A stretch of DNA of 63,053 nt, counting the filler, from Octopus bimaculoides (taxonomy: Eukaryota), in NCBI RefSeq assembly GCF_001194135.2. It is 6 parts of 5 records of this genome, joined end to end, with 100 filler letters (N's around TTAATTAATTAA, not from the genome) between each part and the next. Parts side by side here need not be neighbours in the genome. Positions count along the whole stretch, not along the records: positions 34,416 to 47,919 come from NC_069004.1; positions 48,020 to 53,485 come from NC_068985.1; 4 more parts are not named here. The stretch is one strand, 5' to 3'. This document shows, piece after piece, positions 39,521 through 50,999 of the stretch. How positions within the stretch are numbered: position 1 is the first letter of the stretch; the number at the start of each line of letters is the position of its first letter. The position numbers and the translations under genes are program-made. The notes below the pieces were generated by a model, which was not told where the DNA came from, did no database searches, and saw only the letters and a program-made list of their open reading frames with translations.

Positions 39521-39855
39521 GTGTATGCGCGTGTGCGTGTATATATATATATATATATATACATATGTATGTGTGTGACTTTGTGTTCGTATCTGAGTGC
39601 GTGTGCGTGCGTGTTTGTGTGTGTGTGTGTGTGTGTGTGACTTTGTGTCTGTGTTTGTCCCCCACCACTGCTTGGAAACCGGTGTCGGTGTTTTTTACGT
39701 CCTCGTAACTTAGCGGTTTGGCAAATGACCGAGAGAATAAGTATCAGGCATAAAAATAAAATAAAAGAAGTACTAGTATTGATTTCTTCAACTAAACCTT
39801 TCAAAGCGGTGCCCCAGCTTGGCCGTTGTCCAATTACTGAGGTAAGTGAAAGAGA
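39195..39855 (+). mobile_element. Partial (39195-39290) plus near-full (39340-39855) SINE family B copies in tandem
   Basis: Shared ccttgtgagtggatttggtag motif; head agctgagtagtaagaagcttgc; tail ttggccgttgtccaattactgag. Confidence 0.8.
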
Positions 39856-40573
39856 AATATGGAAGTTTCCACGAAAGAAATAGGAAACCAAGGTGAACCA
39901 ATTCTCTTTTACAAACGAATGCAGCTTCAAATCTATAACAAGTAACTTCCTGTCCTTGAGAGGCAAACTGTGACAATAGCACACAGGTGACAGAAGACTT
40001 TCAATAAAACCAGCATGAATAATGGCTACAATTGCTTAGATAATATAGAATCTCAAATCACTTATAATGGTGCCTTAGAAATCTTGCACAAATGCTAGTA
40101 TCAACATGCCGTGTTTAAAGAAAATGCTTATCAAAGTGTGCGCTACATTCACGATGACTAATGACATTGAAATAGCTCTGTGTAAGGATTACACGGATCT
40201 CTGTTAAAAACTAAATATATACAGCATAGGTATTCCTTTATTTAGAGAAGCAAATCAATTCCTTTCTCACCTAATACATCTGAAAACTGAAATGTCGGGG
40301 AATCTCCAATACCTCACAGAATGAAGTATCATTGAAAGGCAACATCATAGGGGAACATACCGATGCAGGTAACACATTACGAAGAAGTACAGCATATGAA
40401 GAGTAACATACAATATCCCCAAAAGATACGAGTCATTCGCCACAAACCTCATGAGAAGATGTCCTCAAGGAATTCAAAGTGCAAATGGGTTCAAAAACAA
40501 TATTGTCATACTCGGTGATGGTTATAGTTTGCGAAGTAAACACACGTACTAGGCATTTGGTTTTCATTGCAGC

Positions 40574-40654
<81 letters not shown>

Positions 40655-41142
40655 GAGTGAGAGAGCAGTGCATGCCATCAAAGTGACACTGGGGTACAAA
40701 TATACAAAGCCCATTATACCCATCATGACTACCCGTCTGATAAGGGTACATCAGGCACATGCATCACAACCATATGTGCGCGACATGGTGATCTCATATC
40801 AAGATAAACAGCGCATGACCTCGCAAGTGGGGCTCAGTTAGAATTTTCTTCAGGTCGAGTAGCCCATTCCGCTCAAAAGGTCCCTGAATAAGGTTTGTTT
40901 AAGGATGTTGAGCAAAACACGCATGTTTCCAAATGTGAATTATTCAGACCCCAAAGAATTCCTCTCACCACATGGTTATGATGCTCCCCCAGTACTTCTG
41001 CTCATGATCAGAGATGCACATATCGTCAGCCACCAAGGGACATGCTCAACTGGTTAAGGTCAAGCAATTGACAAACAAATCTGTGGTATTAAGCAGAATA
41101 TTTGCTGCTGCCCATCTTTTATACCAAGACAAAACAATGTAC
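40655..41142 (+). mobile_element. ATT-associated non-coding interspersed element (longest copy), flanked by (ATT)n on both sides
   Basis: Two other partial copies lie in the window; no recognisable ORF or tRNA head. Confidence 0.85.
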
Positions 41143-41153
41143 ATTATTATTAA

Positions 41154-41239
<86 letters not shown>

Positions 41240-41894
41240 CTACTTGGTACTCCTTAGTCCCATATCTGAGAAGAGGTAAAATTCATTCANNNNNNNNNNN
41301 NNNNNNNNNNNNNNNNNNNNNNNNNNNNNNNNNNNNNNNNNNNNNNNNNNNNNNNNNNNNNNNNNNNNNNNNNNNNNNNNNNNNNNNNNNNNNNNNNNNN
41401 NNNNNNNNNNNNNNNNNNNNNNNNNNNNNNNNNNNNNNNNNNNNNNNNNNNNNNNNNNNNNNNNNNNNNNNNNNNNNNNNNNNNNNNNNNNNNNNNNNNN
41501 NNNNNNNNNNNNNNNNNNNNNNNNNNNNNNNNNNNNNNNNNNNNNNNNNNNNNNNNNNNNNNNNNNNNNNNNNNNNNNNNNNNNNNNNNNNNNNNNNNNN
41601 NNNNNNNNNNNNNNNNNNNNNNNNNNNNNNNNNNNNNNNNNNNNNNNNNNNNNNNNNNNNNNNNNNNNNNNNNNNNNNNNNNNNNNNNNNNNNNNNNNNN
41701 NNNNNNNNNNNNNNNNNNNNNNNNNNNNNNNNNNNNNNNNNNNNNNNNNNNNNNNNNNNNNNNNNNNNNNNNNNNNNNNNNNNNNNNNNNNNNNNNNNNN
41801 NNNNNNNNNNNNNNNNNNNNNNNNNNNNNNNNNNNNNNNNNNNNNNNNNNNNNNNNNNNNNNNNNNNNNNNNNNNNNNNNNNNNNNNNNNNNNN

Positions 41895-41935
<41 letters not shown>

Positions 41936-42809
41936 TGGGTTCGTGCGTGTGTGCGAGTTTGTGTTAGTCTCCACCACAGCTGTCCATATAACTTAGTAGT
42001 TCGCTAAAAGTGGTACGATTAAATATTTTTCGTGTTAATTCTAATATCATCGGAAAGAAACGAATGAATTTATCTGACAACCAAATAGAATTAAGCTAGT
42101 TACGACACCATATATGGGAAAACAAGCGACCTGATCACGTATTAAGTAAACGTATATTGTTCATCTACATGAAGCGAACGCTTTAACGTTTTACACAAGG
42201 ATATAACTTTGTGCTTGAATGACGGTCATTCTTCCTGTCTGAAGGCCTGCAAAGTCTCTGGCAGACCATGATCGTTTATGGTCAGACTAATTTCCTATTG
42301 AACGAAATATATTCACAGCCTGTGAATATATTTTGTTCAATAGAAAAATCGTTGTTTGTGTCAATAATAACGTTTTATCTTCTGGTTTTAAATACATGGT
42401 ACGTTGAATTCTATGCACAAAATGAAAATTAAAGCACACTCAAATAAAAGATTATTTCAATATTAAACTATTAGGCTCCTCTTGAATATTTAATGGAGAA
42501 CTTAAATAATAGTTTTATTTTGCGTCCATTTGTTTCATAGCCGAATTATACAAATTTCAAAGATTTCTACACTGGTTCTAAACTTATTACGTCTGTATAC
42601 ACGCATATATATGTAAATAATCCTCTCCACTTTTTCTCACTCTCTCTCTCTCCCCCCTCTCTCTCCCCCTCTCTCTCTCACGCACACATGTATATACATA
42701 CATGTAAATATATATTCATGCGTCTACTTATATATAAATGCACACTCACGTTTGCGCACATAAATATAGATACTCTTTCTAATTTTGCTCTGTTACATTG
42801 CCCCTAGTG

Positions 42810-42950
42810 TTCAGCTGGTATTTATTTTATCGATCTCTAAAGGATGAACGGCTAAGTCGACCGCGGCAGCATTTGCACTGAGAACGTAAAAAATCGGAAG
42901 AAACATCGCTATATATTTTGTCCGGTGTGGTAACGAGTCTGGAAGTTCAC
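42810..42950 (-). mobile_element. SINE family A, diverged
   Basis: ttatcgatctctaaaggatgaacggctaagtcgacc. Confidence 0.65.
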
Positions 42951-43074
42951 CACCTTACACACACTTAGACATGCATGCATACATATATACATACATACAT
43001 ACATACATACATAATACATACATACATAATACGTACATACATAAATACATATACACATACATACATACGTGTAT

Positions 43075-43545
43075 ATGAACTATTGAGAAATTTGCAGTTA
43101 CTCTATCCAAATTGCAAATTCAGGTTTACACCTAAAGTTATTGAGGCAGTGGGATATGTAACATACTGCCTAAATACCAACCTTGAGAAATCAGGCTTCT
43201 CAAAGCCAGAAAGGGGAAAGCTGAATTGAAGGTTACAGATCCAATCCATCACTGGAACTGCAAAGATCTGTAAAACTATCCAGAAGTTTATCATTTAAAT
43301 ATAGATGAACATGTCTGGAAACGCAACTATATGCATGTGAATGTATACAGAAAACAAAACATACAAATCTTCACATATGCATACATACATAAATACATAC
43401 ATACGTACATACATACATACATACATACAAAGAAAAATACCCTGTTGATGTTGGAATTCCAATAAAGGATCCTTGGATCTGGTTTAGAGACCAGCTCTTT
43501 CTCCATTGGCAAGAAATCTTAAAAATGAAACTGAATAATGACATA
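43075..43545 (+). mobile_element. 3' end of an RLE-type LINE (ORF C-terminus + 3' UTR) embedded in (TACA)n
   Basis: YELLRNLQLLYPNCKFRFTPKVIEAVGYVT...KLN*RLQIQSITGTAKICKTIQKFII* resembles R4-clade C-termini (P..IGALG...LQ...I.GT.KI). (CATA)n lies on both flanks. Confidence 0.75.
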
Positions 43546-43567
43546 CACACATACATACATACATACA

Positions 43568-43600
<33 letters not shown>

Positions 43601-43619
43601 TATATAGAGTAAATCAAAA

Positions 43620-43830
43620 ATAAAAATAAAAGACAAAAGTCAAAAGGATGTACACAGAGAATGTATAATGTTAACGCTCAGTTTAAGATGGAAAAAGAGG
43701 GGCTGTGTGACGTCATGAGCATGGCTCTTCGTCAGAAAGAGGAAGGGTTAGGAGAGAAGGAAAAGAATAGTCCGAGAAAAGCACGTGTGTGGTCACGTGG
43801 CTGAAGTGACTGGAAGTGGAGAGAGGTAGA
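43620..43830 (-). mobile_element. Short repeat family with degenerate HHR (related copies at 53605-53790 + and 58410-58600 -)
   Basis: Shared ttaacgctc...gacgt...cttc..agaaa core. Reverse strand CTGACGA-aGAGCcatGCTC-ATGA-CGTC at 43707-43738. Confidence 0.55.
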
Positions 43831-43879
43831 GAATGTAGTCTGAATTCTGTAAAAGATATATAGCTTTTTTTTTACAAGC

Positions 43880-44255
43880 GGCAGGCATAGCTGAGTGGTT
43901 AAGAAGTTTCCTTAGCAACCATGCAGTTTCAGTTTCAGTCTAAATATGAAACATTTCGAGAAAGTGTCTTTTACTATAGAGTCAGGTCGATCATTCGGTG
44001 TGAGTGAATTTGGTAGACAGAGACTGTGCGGAAGCCTGTCATGTGTGTGTGTGTGTGTGTATATATGTGTGTGTGTGTGTGTCTTCTCACTACCTGACGA
44101 ACCTGTGTTCGTTTCATAACACTCTCGTCAGTTAGCATTTTGGCAAAAGAGATCAAGATAATAAATACCAGATTAAAGTAAGTCTTGGGATTAATGTGTT
44201 CAATTTTACCCTACAAGACGATTACCTGTCATGAAAGCAGTCTAATGATTGAAGC
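43880..44255 (+). mobile_element. SINE family B, diverged
   Basis: ggcatagctgagtggttaagaag...tgaatttggtagacagag. Confidence 0.7.
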
Positions 44256-44289
44256 AAGAAAATTATTAAAAGAGTAATAAACATTAACT

Positions 44290-44520
44290 CAAAGCACCGG
44301 TTGTCAAAACACCTGAAAGTCATGGATAGGGGCGACAACTGTCCTCATATCCCATTCAGGATTGACGGACATCAATGTTTCGCTTTTTGTGTGGTTTATC
44401 AACATCACGTAACCGAACCGAATCAGAGGTGACTCATACCACCAGTCTACGACTTTCATGTTTTTTAACACCCAGCGCTTTGAGAGAGTATTCTCCACCA
44501 CGCCAAATCGCAGCCTACTC
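44290..44520. mobile_element. MITE-like repeat with imperfect inverted termini; second copy at 59485-59670
   Basis: aagcaccggttgtcaaaacacctgaaagtc vs the reverse complement of gactttcatgttttttaacacccagcgctt; ctctctcaaagcgctgggtgttaaaa recurs at ~59507. Confidence 0.65.
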
Positions 44521-44784
44521 GCAAATACATGCTATTTGTGCATGAAGTATATGTGGTTGATAATGTTTATTACACTGGGGCTGCTTCTATTTCATATTTA
44601 AAAGAGAAATGGTTTATAGTTTAATTTTTTGGTAGTTTGTTGTTTTGTGTAGTGCATTATAAATCCTCCATTCTTTACATGTGCATGGTGAACCGGTGAG
44701 AAAGTGTTGTCCTTGAATCGCCAATGCAACACTTTCATGTGTCACGCATGCAATCGTATTAATAAATCACATTGGTCATATAGG

Positions 44785-45215
44785 TGCAGGCATGGCTGAG
44801 TGGTTAAGAAGTTCACTTTGCAACCAAGTAGTATTAGGATCAGTCTCACTGCGCGGCACCAAGGATAAGGGTCTTCTATTATAGCCGCGAGCAAATCAAT
44901 GCCTTGTGAGTGAACTTGAGTGACGGAAACTGTGTGGAAGCTCATCGTATGTGTGTGCGTGTGTGTTTATCTCCACCATCGCTGGACAATCGGTGTTGAT
45001 TTCTTTATATTCCGTAACCTAGCGGTTTGGTTAAAGACACTGACAGAATAAGTAGCAAACTTTCTAAAAAGTCATTACAGAAGTGGATTTGTTCGCCAAA
45101 ACCTTTCAAAGCGGCGCCATAGCATGGCTGCAGTCTCATGAAAGAAACAAGCAAAACGGTGGTGCTCCAGCATGATGGCAACCGAATGGCTGAAACGAAT
45201 AAAAGAATAAAAGAA
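44785..45215 (+). mobile_element. SINE family B with a duplicated 3' tail
   Basis: ggcatggctgagtggttaagaag head; two successive tails ..catggctgcagtc..gaaacaag and gcggtgctccagcatg..gctgaaacg. Confidence 0.78.
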
Positions 45216-45249
45216 TAATTGTAGTTGCTATTGACAAAAAGGTTTTTAA

Positions 45250-45600
45250 TGTTAGCTCTTTTGTATATTACTCGTGTTACTTTAGTATTTAGCGCAATGT
45301 TTTACGAGGTTTTTGATAATGCGTTCGTCTGTCTTATAGTTAATATGCATTGACTTTGTCACTGACTTTATATGTAGTTTGAGTATTTTAAATAGGTTCG
45401 GTGTCTAACATACTTGTTACAGTGCCTTTATGACTATTGTTCTTTGACTTAGACCATTAGATGTTTAGGATAAACGTCGTTGGTTAATGTTTGTTTCCTT
45501 CGTGGATTTCCTTATCCGGTGCTTTGTTTGTGGAGGACAAATTTACACGTTCTACTAAGTAGAGATTTTATCACCGATATCTTATATCTGAATATTCGAT
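45250..45600 (-). mobile_element. Penelope-like RT thumb/linker fragment (second PLE subtype)
   Basis: Manual translation YKISVIKSLLSRTCKF...KQTLTNDVYP...MHINYKTDERIIKNLVKH. An opposite-strand piece at ~45730-45820 (NVDNFYVVINTQE/DVEELKNDLKNN) resembles the RT YVDD region. Confidence 0.6.
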
Positions 45601-46039
45601 GTCTCTATATAAGTTTATACATCGATTTGTATCTTTGGTTTAATAAACGGACATGATGTTATTATCTATGTGAAATGTTTATGTCTTTTTGGACACAATA
45701 GACAACAAAATGAAATAAAGACTAACATACATGCGTATGCAGAATGTCGACAACTTTTACGTCGTAATAAATACTCAGGAAGGATGTCGAGGAATTAAAG
45801 AATGACCTAAAGAACAATCAGAACAATGACAAAGCTCCCAGCACCACAACGACTCCATATTTAAGTACGACGCATATTATCGAGGGCACAAACGGTGATA
45901 AGTTGAACTGATGTCGCAGAAACAATAGATTTATTGTATTGTTCTCTATTGGTCTATCCGATAATTTATGAGATGTGAAGAGATGCAATAATAAACAACA
46001 GCAATTGTTTCTAAACCATGCAGTCACACACGCATCTCA

Positions 46040-46086
<47 letters not shown>

Positions 46087-46136
46087 CGTCTGTCTGTCTG
46101 TCTGTCTGTCTATGTCACCCTGCCTGCCAGTCTCTC

Positions 46137-46209
<73 letters not shown>

Positions 46210-46213
<4 letters not shown>

Positions 46214-46588
46214 TGAAGTATATTTGCCACCTAAATGTGGCTGCCCCATAATGGACGATGCTACTGTAGTTTATAGCTCCAGGAAGACATCTCGTCCAGC
46301 TGTCTATTGACACACTGTCTGTGCCCTATCAGTATTTGCAAAGGGAAATCATCGTCCCATCCCCAGCCTGACGTGATACACACGGACCCGAGTTTCTGGG
46401 TAATAACCCGTCATCAGCGTGTGACAACCACCGGCTGGGGATGAGAAGTGATCTCTCAATGCAAATACATATACTTTTTCCAGTGACGAAAAGTCACTGA
46501 TCTCGAAAAACGAGAAAAAAAACAATAATAAATCTCTGAGTAAGAATTAAACAGTAACAGCATGACATCGTGAAGTATATTTGCCACC
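46210..46588 (-). mobile_element. ~357-bp HHR-containing unit bounded by 22-bp perfect direct repeats (retrozyme-like)
   Basis: atcgtgaagtatatttgccacc at 46210-46231 and 46567-46588; no ORF. Confidence 0.7.
46358..46443 (-). ncRNA. Intact extended type I hammerhead ribozyme
   Basis: catccccagcc-g-gtggt-tgt-cacacg-CTGATGA-cGGGTtattACCCa-GAAA-Ctcgg-GTC-cgtgtg-t-atcac-gtca-ggctggggatg. All conserved core nucleotides are present with a GUC triplet; stem I is 6+5+11 bp. Confidence 0.88.
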
Positions 46589-47023
46589 AATTGGTTATGT
46601 TTTCTTATTATCCTATAGCGACCGAATTAATTTACTTAAACTCGTATTATTCTTCTTATTTTTATTTCTAAACAAATTTTTGTGGTTAGCTGACCTCAAT
46701 TTAAGATTATACCTAGTACCAAATACCAAACCGGCCGTGGTTAACTTTGGGTCAAGAATAATGCAACTATTTATAGAAACCTCAACTCCTCCTAAAAGAT
46801 AATTATTCAGTCAGTCTCGCATCGATAGTTAACACCAAGATGCACACATAACAGTGTGCAGTTGATGCAGTCGAAACGCACGTAGGTCCAAGGAAGAGTG
46901 CTGTAAATAACTGCATAATAAAATTATAGATGTGGATAATCTCCTTTCTCTTGACCCTTATTAATATTATATATTACAGCGGTGTTCCAGCATGGCCGCA
47001 GTCAAATCACTGAAAGAAGTAAA

Positions 47024-47072
<49 letters not shown>

Positions 47073-47467
47073 GTATACCTTGTTTACCATTTTGTCCATG
47101 TTCTTTTGCCACATCATGTACCCAGTTATGTATCTATATGTACATGTAGATGAACGTATATACATACACGTACATATATATGCATATACTCATATATTGT
47201 TTATATATATNNNNNNNNNNNNNNNNNNNNNNNNNNNNNNNNNNNNNNNNNNNNNNNNNNNNNNNNNNNNNNNNNNNNNNNNNNNNNNNNNNNNNNNNNN
47301 NNNNNNNNNNNNNNNNNNNNNNNNNNNNNNNNNNNNNNNNNNNNNNNNNNNNNNNNNNNNNNNNNNNNNNNNNNNNNNNNNNNNNNNNNNNNNNNNNNNN
47401 NNNNNNNNNNNNNNNNNNNNNNNNNNNNNNNNNNNNNNNNNNNNNNNNNNNNNNNNNNNNNNNNNNC

Positions 47468-47628
47468 AGTACTTATTCTTTGCAAGCCTAGTACTTATTA
47501 TATCAGTCTCTTTTGCCGAACCGTTAAGTTACAGGGACATAAACACATCAACATCGGTTATCAAGCGATGATGAGGCGACAACGGGGACGAAGGCAGACA
47601 CAAAGACACAAATATATGCACACACACA

Positions 47629-47666
<38 letters not shown>

Positions 47667-47850
47667 CACACACACACATACGACAAGCTTCCTTCAGTTT
47701 CCGTCTACCAAATTCCCTCACAGGGCTTTGGTCGGCCGGAGGCTATAGTAGAAGATACTTGCCCGCCCAAGGTGCCAAGCAGTGGGACTGAACTCGGAAG
47801 CATGTGATTCGGAAGCAAGCTTTTTATTACACAGCCACGCCTGCGCCATA
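47468..47850 (-). mobile_element. SINE family B (3' end in gap)
   Basis: Homologous to 10035-10427; head ggcgcaggcgtggctgtg. Confidence 0.85.
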
Positions 47851-47877
47851 TTTATCTATCTATCTATGTATACATAC

Positions 47878-47919
<42 letters not shown>

Positions 47920-48019
47920 NNNNNNNNNNNNNNNNNNNNNNNNNNNNNNNNNNNNNNNNNNNNTTAATTAATTAANNNNNNNNNNNNNNNNNNNNNNNNN
48001 NNNNNNNNNNNNNNNNNNN

Positions 48020-48470
48020 ACACCAACACCACTACCACCAACACCACTACCACCAACACCACTACCACCAACACTACCAACAACACCAACACCAACACCA
48101 CTACCACCAACACCACTACCATCAACCCCAATATCATCAACACCACTACCACCAACACCATACCACCAACACCGCCACTACCACTATCATTAATGCCACT
48201 AGCACCACCACTTCCTTCACCATCACCACTTCCACCAATACCACCATCCTGACAATCACAACTGCCATAGACAGCATTATTACTACCACTATTACTACCA
48301 CCATAACCACTACCACCAACACCATTATTACGAATGACAGTACTAACGGATGACATTACTACCGCTAGCAACATCATTACAACAATAGCAACAACAACAA
48401 CAAAGACAAAATCAACAATAATAAGACAACTACTACACTACCAAGTACAACAACAAATACAACCACTATA
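48020..48470. repeat. Degenerate trinucleotide (ACC/ACT/AAC) low-complexity tract
   Basis: Directly visible. Confidence 0.9.
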
Positions 48471-48554
48471 TCTTTGATGTTCATCACAATCACAATTTAC
48501 TCTGAGCAACTGAAGCTATGAAGAAAATAGGTAAAGTTCCTTTTTTTAGGCGTA

Positions 48555-48788
48555 TCGACTCATAAGGGCCGGTTTCTCGGTTTCATGGCGTATTTATTCC
48601 CCACCTGGACGGGACGCTTGTCGGTCACAGAATTATTCATTTTTGCCAGCTGAGTAGAGTAGAGTAACGTGAAATGTTTTTTTATTTCTTATTTTCTTGT
48701 TCAAGAACACAACACGTCGCCCGGTCCAGGAATCGAAACCACAATCTTATGATCATGATTCCAGCATTCTAACCATTAAGCCACGCCG
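48555..48788 (-). mobile_element. SINE family D; partial duplicate at 48830-48905
   Basis: ctcataagggccggtttc...ccaggaatcgaaaccacaatc...aaccattaagccacgcc. Confidence 0.8.
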
Positions 48789-48964
48789 TTCTGTCTTCTC
48801 TCTTTTTCCTTCTCGAGTCATTCTGACACACAAGGGCTGGTTTCCCGGTTTCCATAACATATAAATTCATAACAACCATAGCCTCAAATCCACGCGCCTC
48901 CACAACCAAAGCTATTATGAATGCAGGAACCGTTTCCCCGGCGTCATAACAATTCTACTAGCTC

Positions 48965-49660
48965 ACCGACTTTGATAACGGTTTCAAATTTTGGCACATG
49001 ACCAGCAATTTCGGAGGAGGTGTTAAGTCGATTACATCGACCCCAGTGCTCAACTGGTACTTTTTTTATTGACCCGGAAAGGATGAAAGGCAAAGTCGAC
49101 CTCGGTTGAATTGGAACTCGGAACGTAAAGGCGAGCGGAATGCCGCAAAGCATTTTGTCCGGCATACTAACGTTTCTGTAAGCTCACCGCCTCAAAAACG
49201 ACAACAGTAATAACAGACAATGGCAAATTGTTAAATGCGGAATAACAACTCCAATAGCACCAACAGCAACAATAATAACCGCAATAATAACTCCAATTGT
49301 TACAACTGCAAAGACATCTTCCACCACAAACTTTAACATGTTGAACCTGAAGCCAAGCGATGTATTGCATCTGCCATCCAATAACATCTGTAGTTGATTT
49401 AGCGTACCTTCATACAGTTTCTTTCTTATTTCTTTATTGCCCAGGAGGGGCTAAACATAGAGGGGATAAACAAGGACAGACAAAGGGATTAAGTCGATTA
49501 CACTGACCCCAGTGCGTAACTGGTACTCAATTTATCGACCCCGAAAGTATGAAAGGCAAAGTCGACCTCGAATGAATTCGAACCCAGAACGTAACGGCAG
49601 ACGAAATACTGCTAAGCATTTCACCCGGCGTGTTAACGTTTCTGCCAGCTCGCCGCCATT
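48965..49660 (-). mobile_element. Two SINE family A copies (48965-49195 tail type 1; 49420-49660 tail type 2)
   Basis: gaaaggcaaagtcgacctcg in both; heads ...gctcaccgcc and ...ccagctcgccgcc. Confidence 0.85.
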
Positions 49661-50582
49661 TCTTTCTACATAGTTTCTTTCTACCGAATGCCGCACCAAC
49701 GGTATCGGTCAATCTTAAGCTCCCTTATTAGATGTATGCCGAAAATAGTGAAATCGATAGCAAGAAAGTGAACNNNNNNNNNNNNNNNNNNNNNNNNNNN
49801 NNNNNNNNNNNNNNNNNNNNNNNNNNNNNNNNNNNNNNNNNNNNNNNNNNNNNNNNNNNNNNNNNNNNNNNNNNNNNNNNNNNNNNNNNNNNNNNNNNNN
49901 NNNNNNNNNNNNNNNNNNNNNNNNNNNNNNNNNNNNNNNNNNNNNNNNNNNNNNNNNNNNNNNNNNNNNNNNNNNNNNNNNNNNNNNNNNNNNNNNNNNN
50001 NNNNNNNNNNNNNNNNNNNNNNNNNNNNNNNNNNNNNNNNNNNNNNNNNNNNNNNNNNNNNNNNNNNNNNNNNNNNNNNNNNNNNNNNNNNNNNNNNNNN
50101 NNNNNNNNNNNNNNNNNNNNNNNNNNNNNNNNNNNNNNNNNNNNNNNNNNNNNNNNNNNNNNNNNNNNNNNNNNNNNNNNNNNNNNNNNNNNNNNNNNNN
50201 NNNNNNNNNNNNNNNNNNNNNNNNNNNNNNNNNNNNNNNNNNNNNNNNNNNNNNNNNNNNNNNNNNNNNNNNNNNNNNNNNNNNNNNNNNNNNNNNNNNN
50301 NNNNNNNNNNNNNNNNNNNNNNNNNNNNNNNNNNNNNNNNNNNNNNNNNNNNNNNNNNNNNNNNNNNNNNNNNNNNNNNNNNNNNNNNNNNNNNNNNNNN
50401 NNNNNNNNNNNNNNNNNNNNNNNNNNNNNNNNNNNNNNNNNNNNNNNGGAAATGTGAAAGATTGAATCGAAAGTAACAAGAAAAAAAGAGAATAAAACTG
50501 ACCATGAAGAAATATAGAAAGGATATAGGAGTGCCGTGGAGTCGCTGAAAAAGACAAAAGTTGAACATTGAGTGTGTGTGTG

Positions 50583-50639
<57 letters not shown>

Positions 50640-50999
50640 AATGAAAGTATAGAAAACGTAATTGGTATTTTAAGCTTTATAAAACATACCCGCGTTTCAT
50701 TAAACCAACACAGTTACACAATTGCCTGACCTAGATTGCCCTTCGGCAATAGCATCGTTAAATTTCCTCAATGTTTGACTTAAATATTGTTCGCCAAATA
50801 ATTTTGTAACCTTGTCTGATGATTTAATGCAGTAAGCATATGCTTTATAAAGCTTGAAATACGAAATCAAACTTACTGATATTTTAAAATAAATATTACT
50901 CGTATTCGGCACACAAACTTATCCCAAGGTTCGAGGACATTCGTCCAATTGTAATGCATACAAGAATTATATGTAGAACTTACTACTACTCATGTCTTA

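Noticed and set aside
47964-48377. Gly/Ser-rich then Val-rich ORF resembling a structural or membrane protein
   Set aside because: Derived from a degenerate ACC/ACT/AAC tract and runs into a gap.
50700-50912. 70-aa ORF with a protein-like stretch YCIKSSDKVTKLFGEQYLSQTLRKFNDAIAEG
   Set aside because: No recognisable family and weak splice signals.
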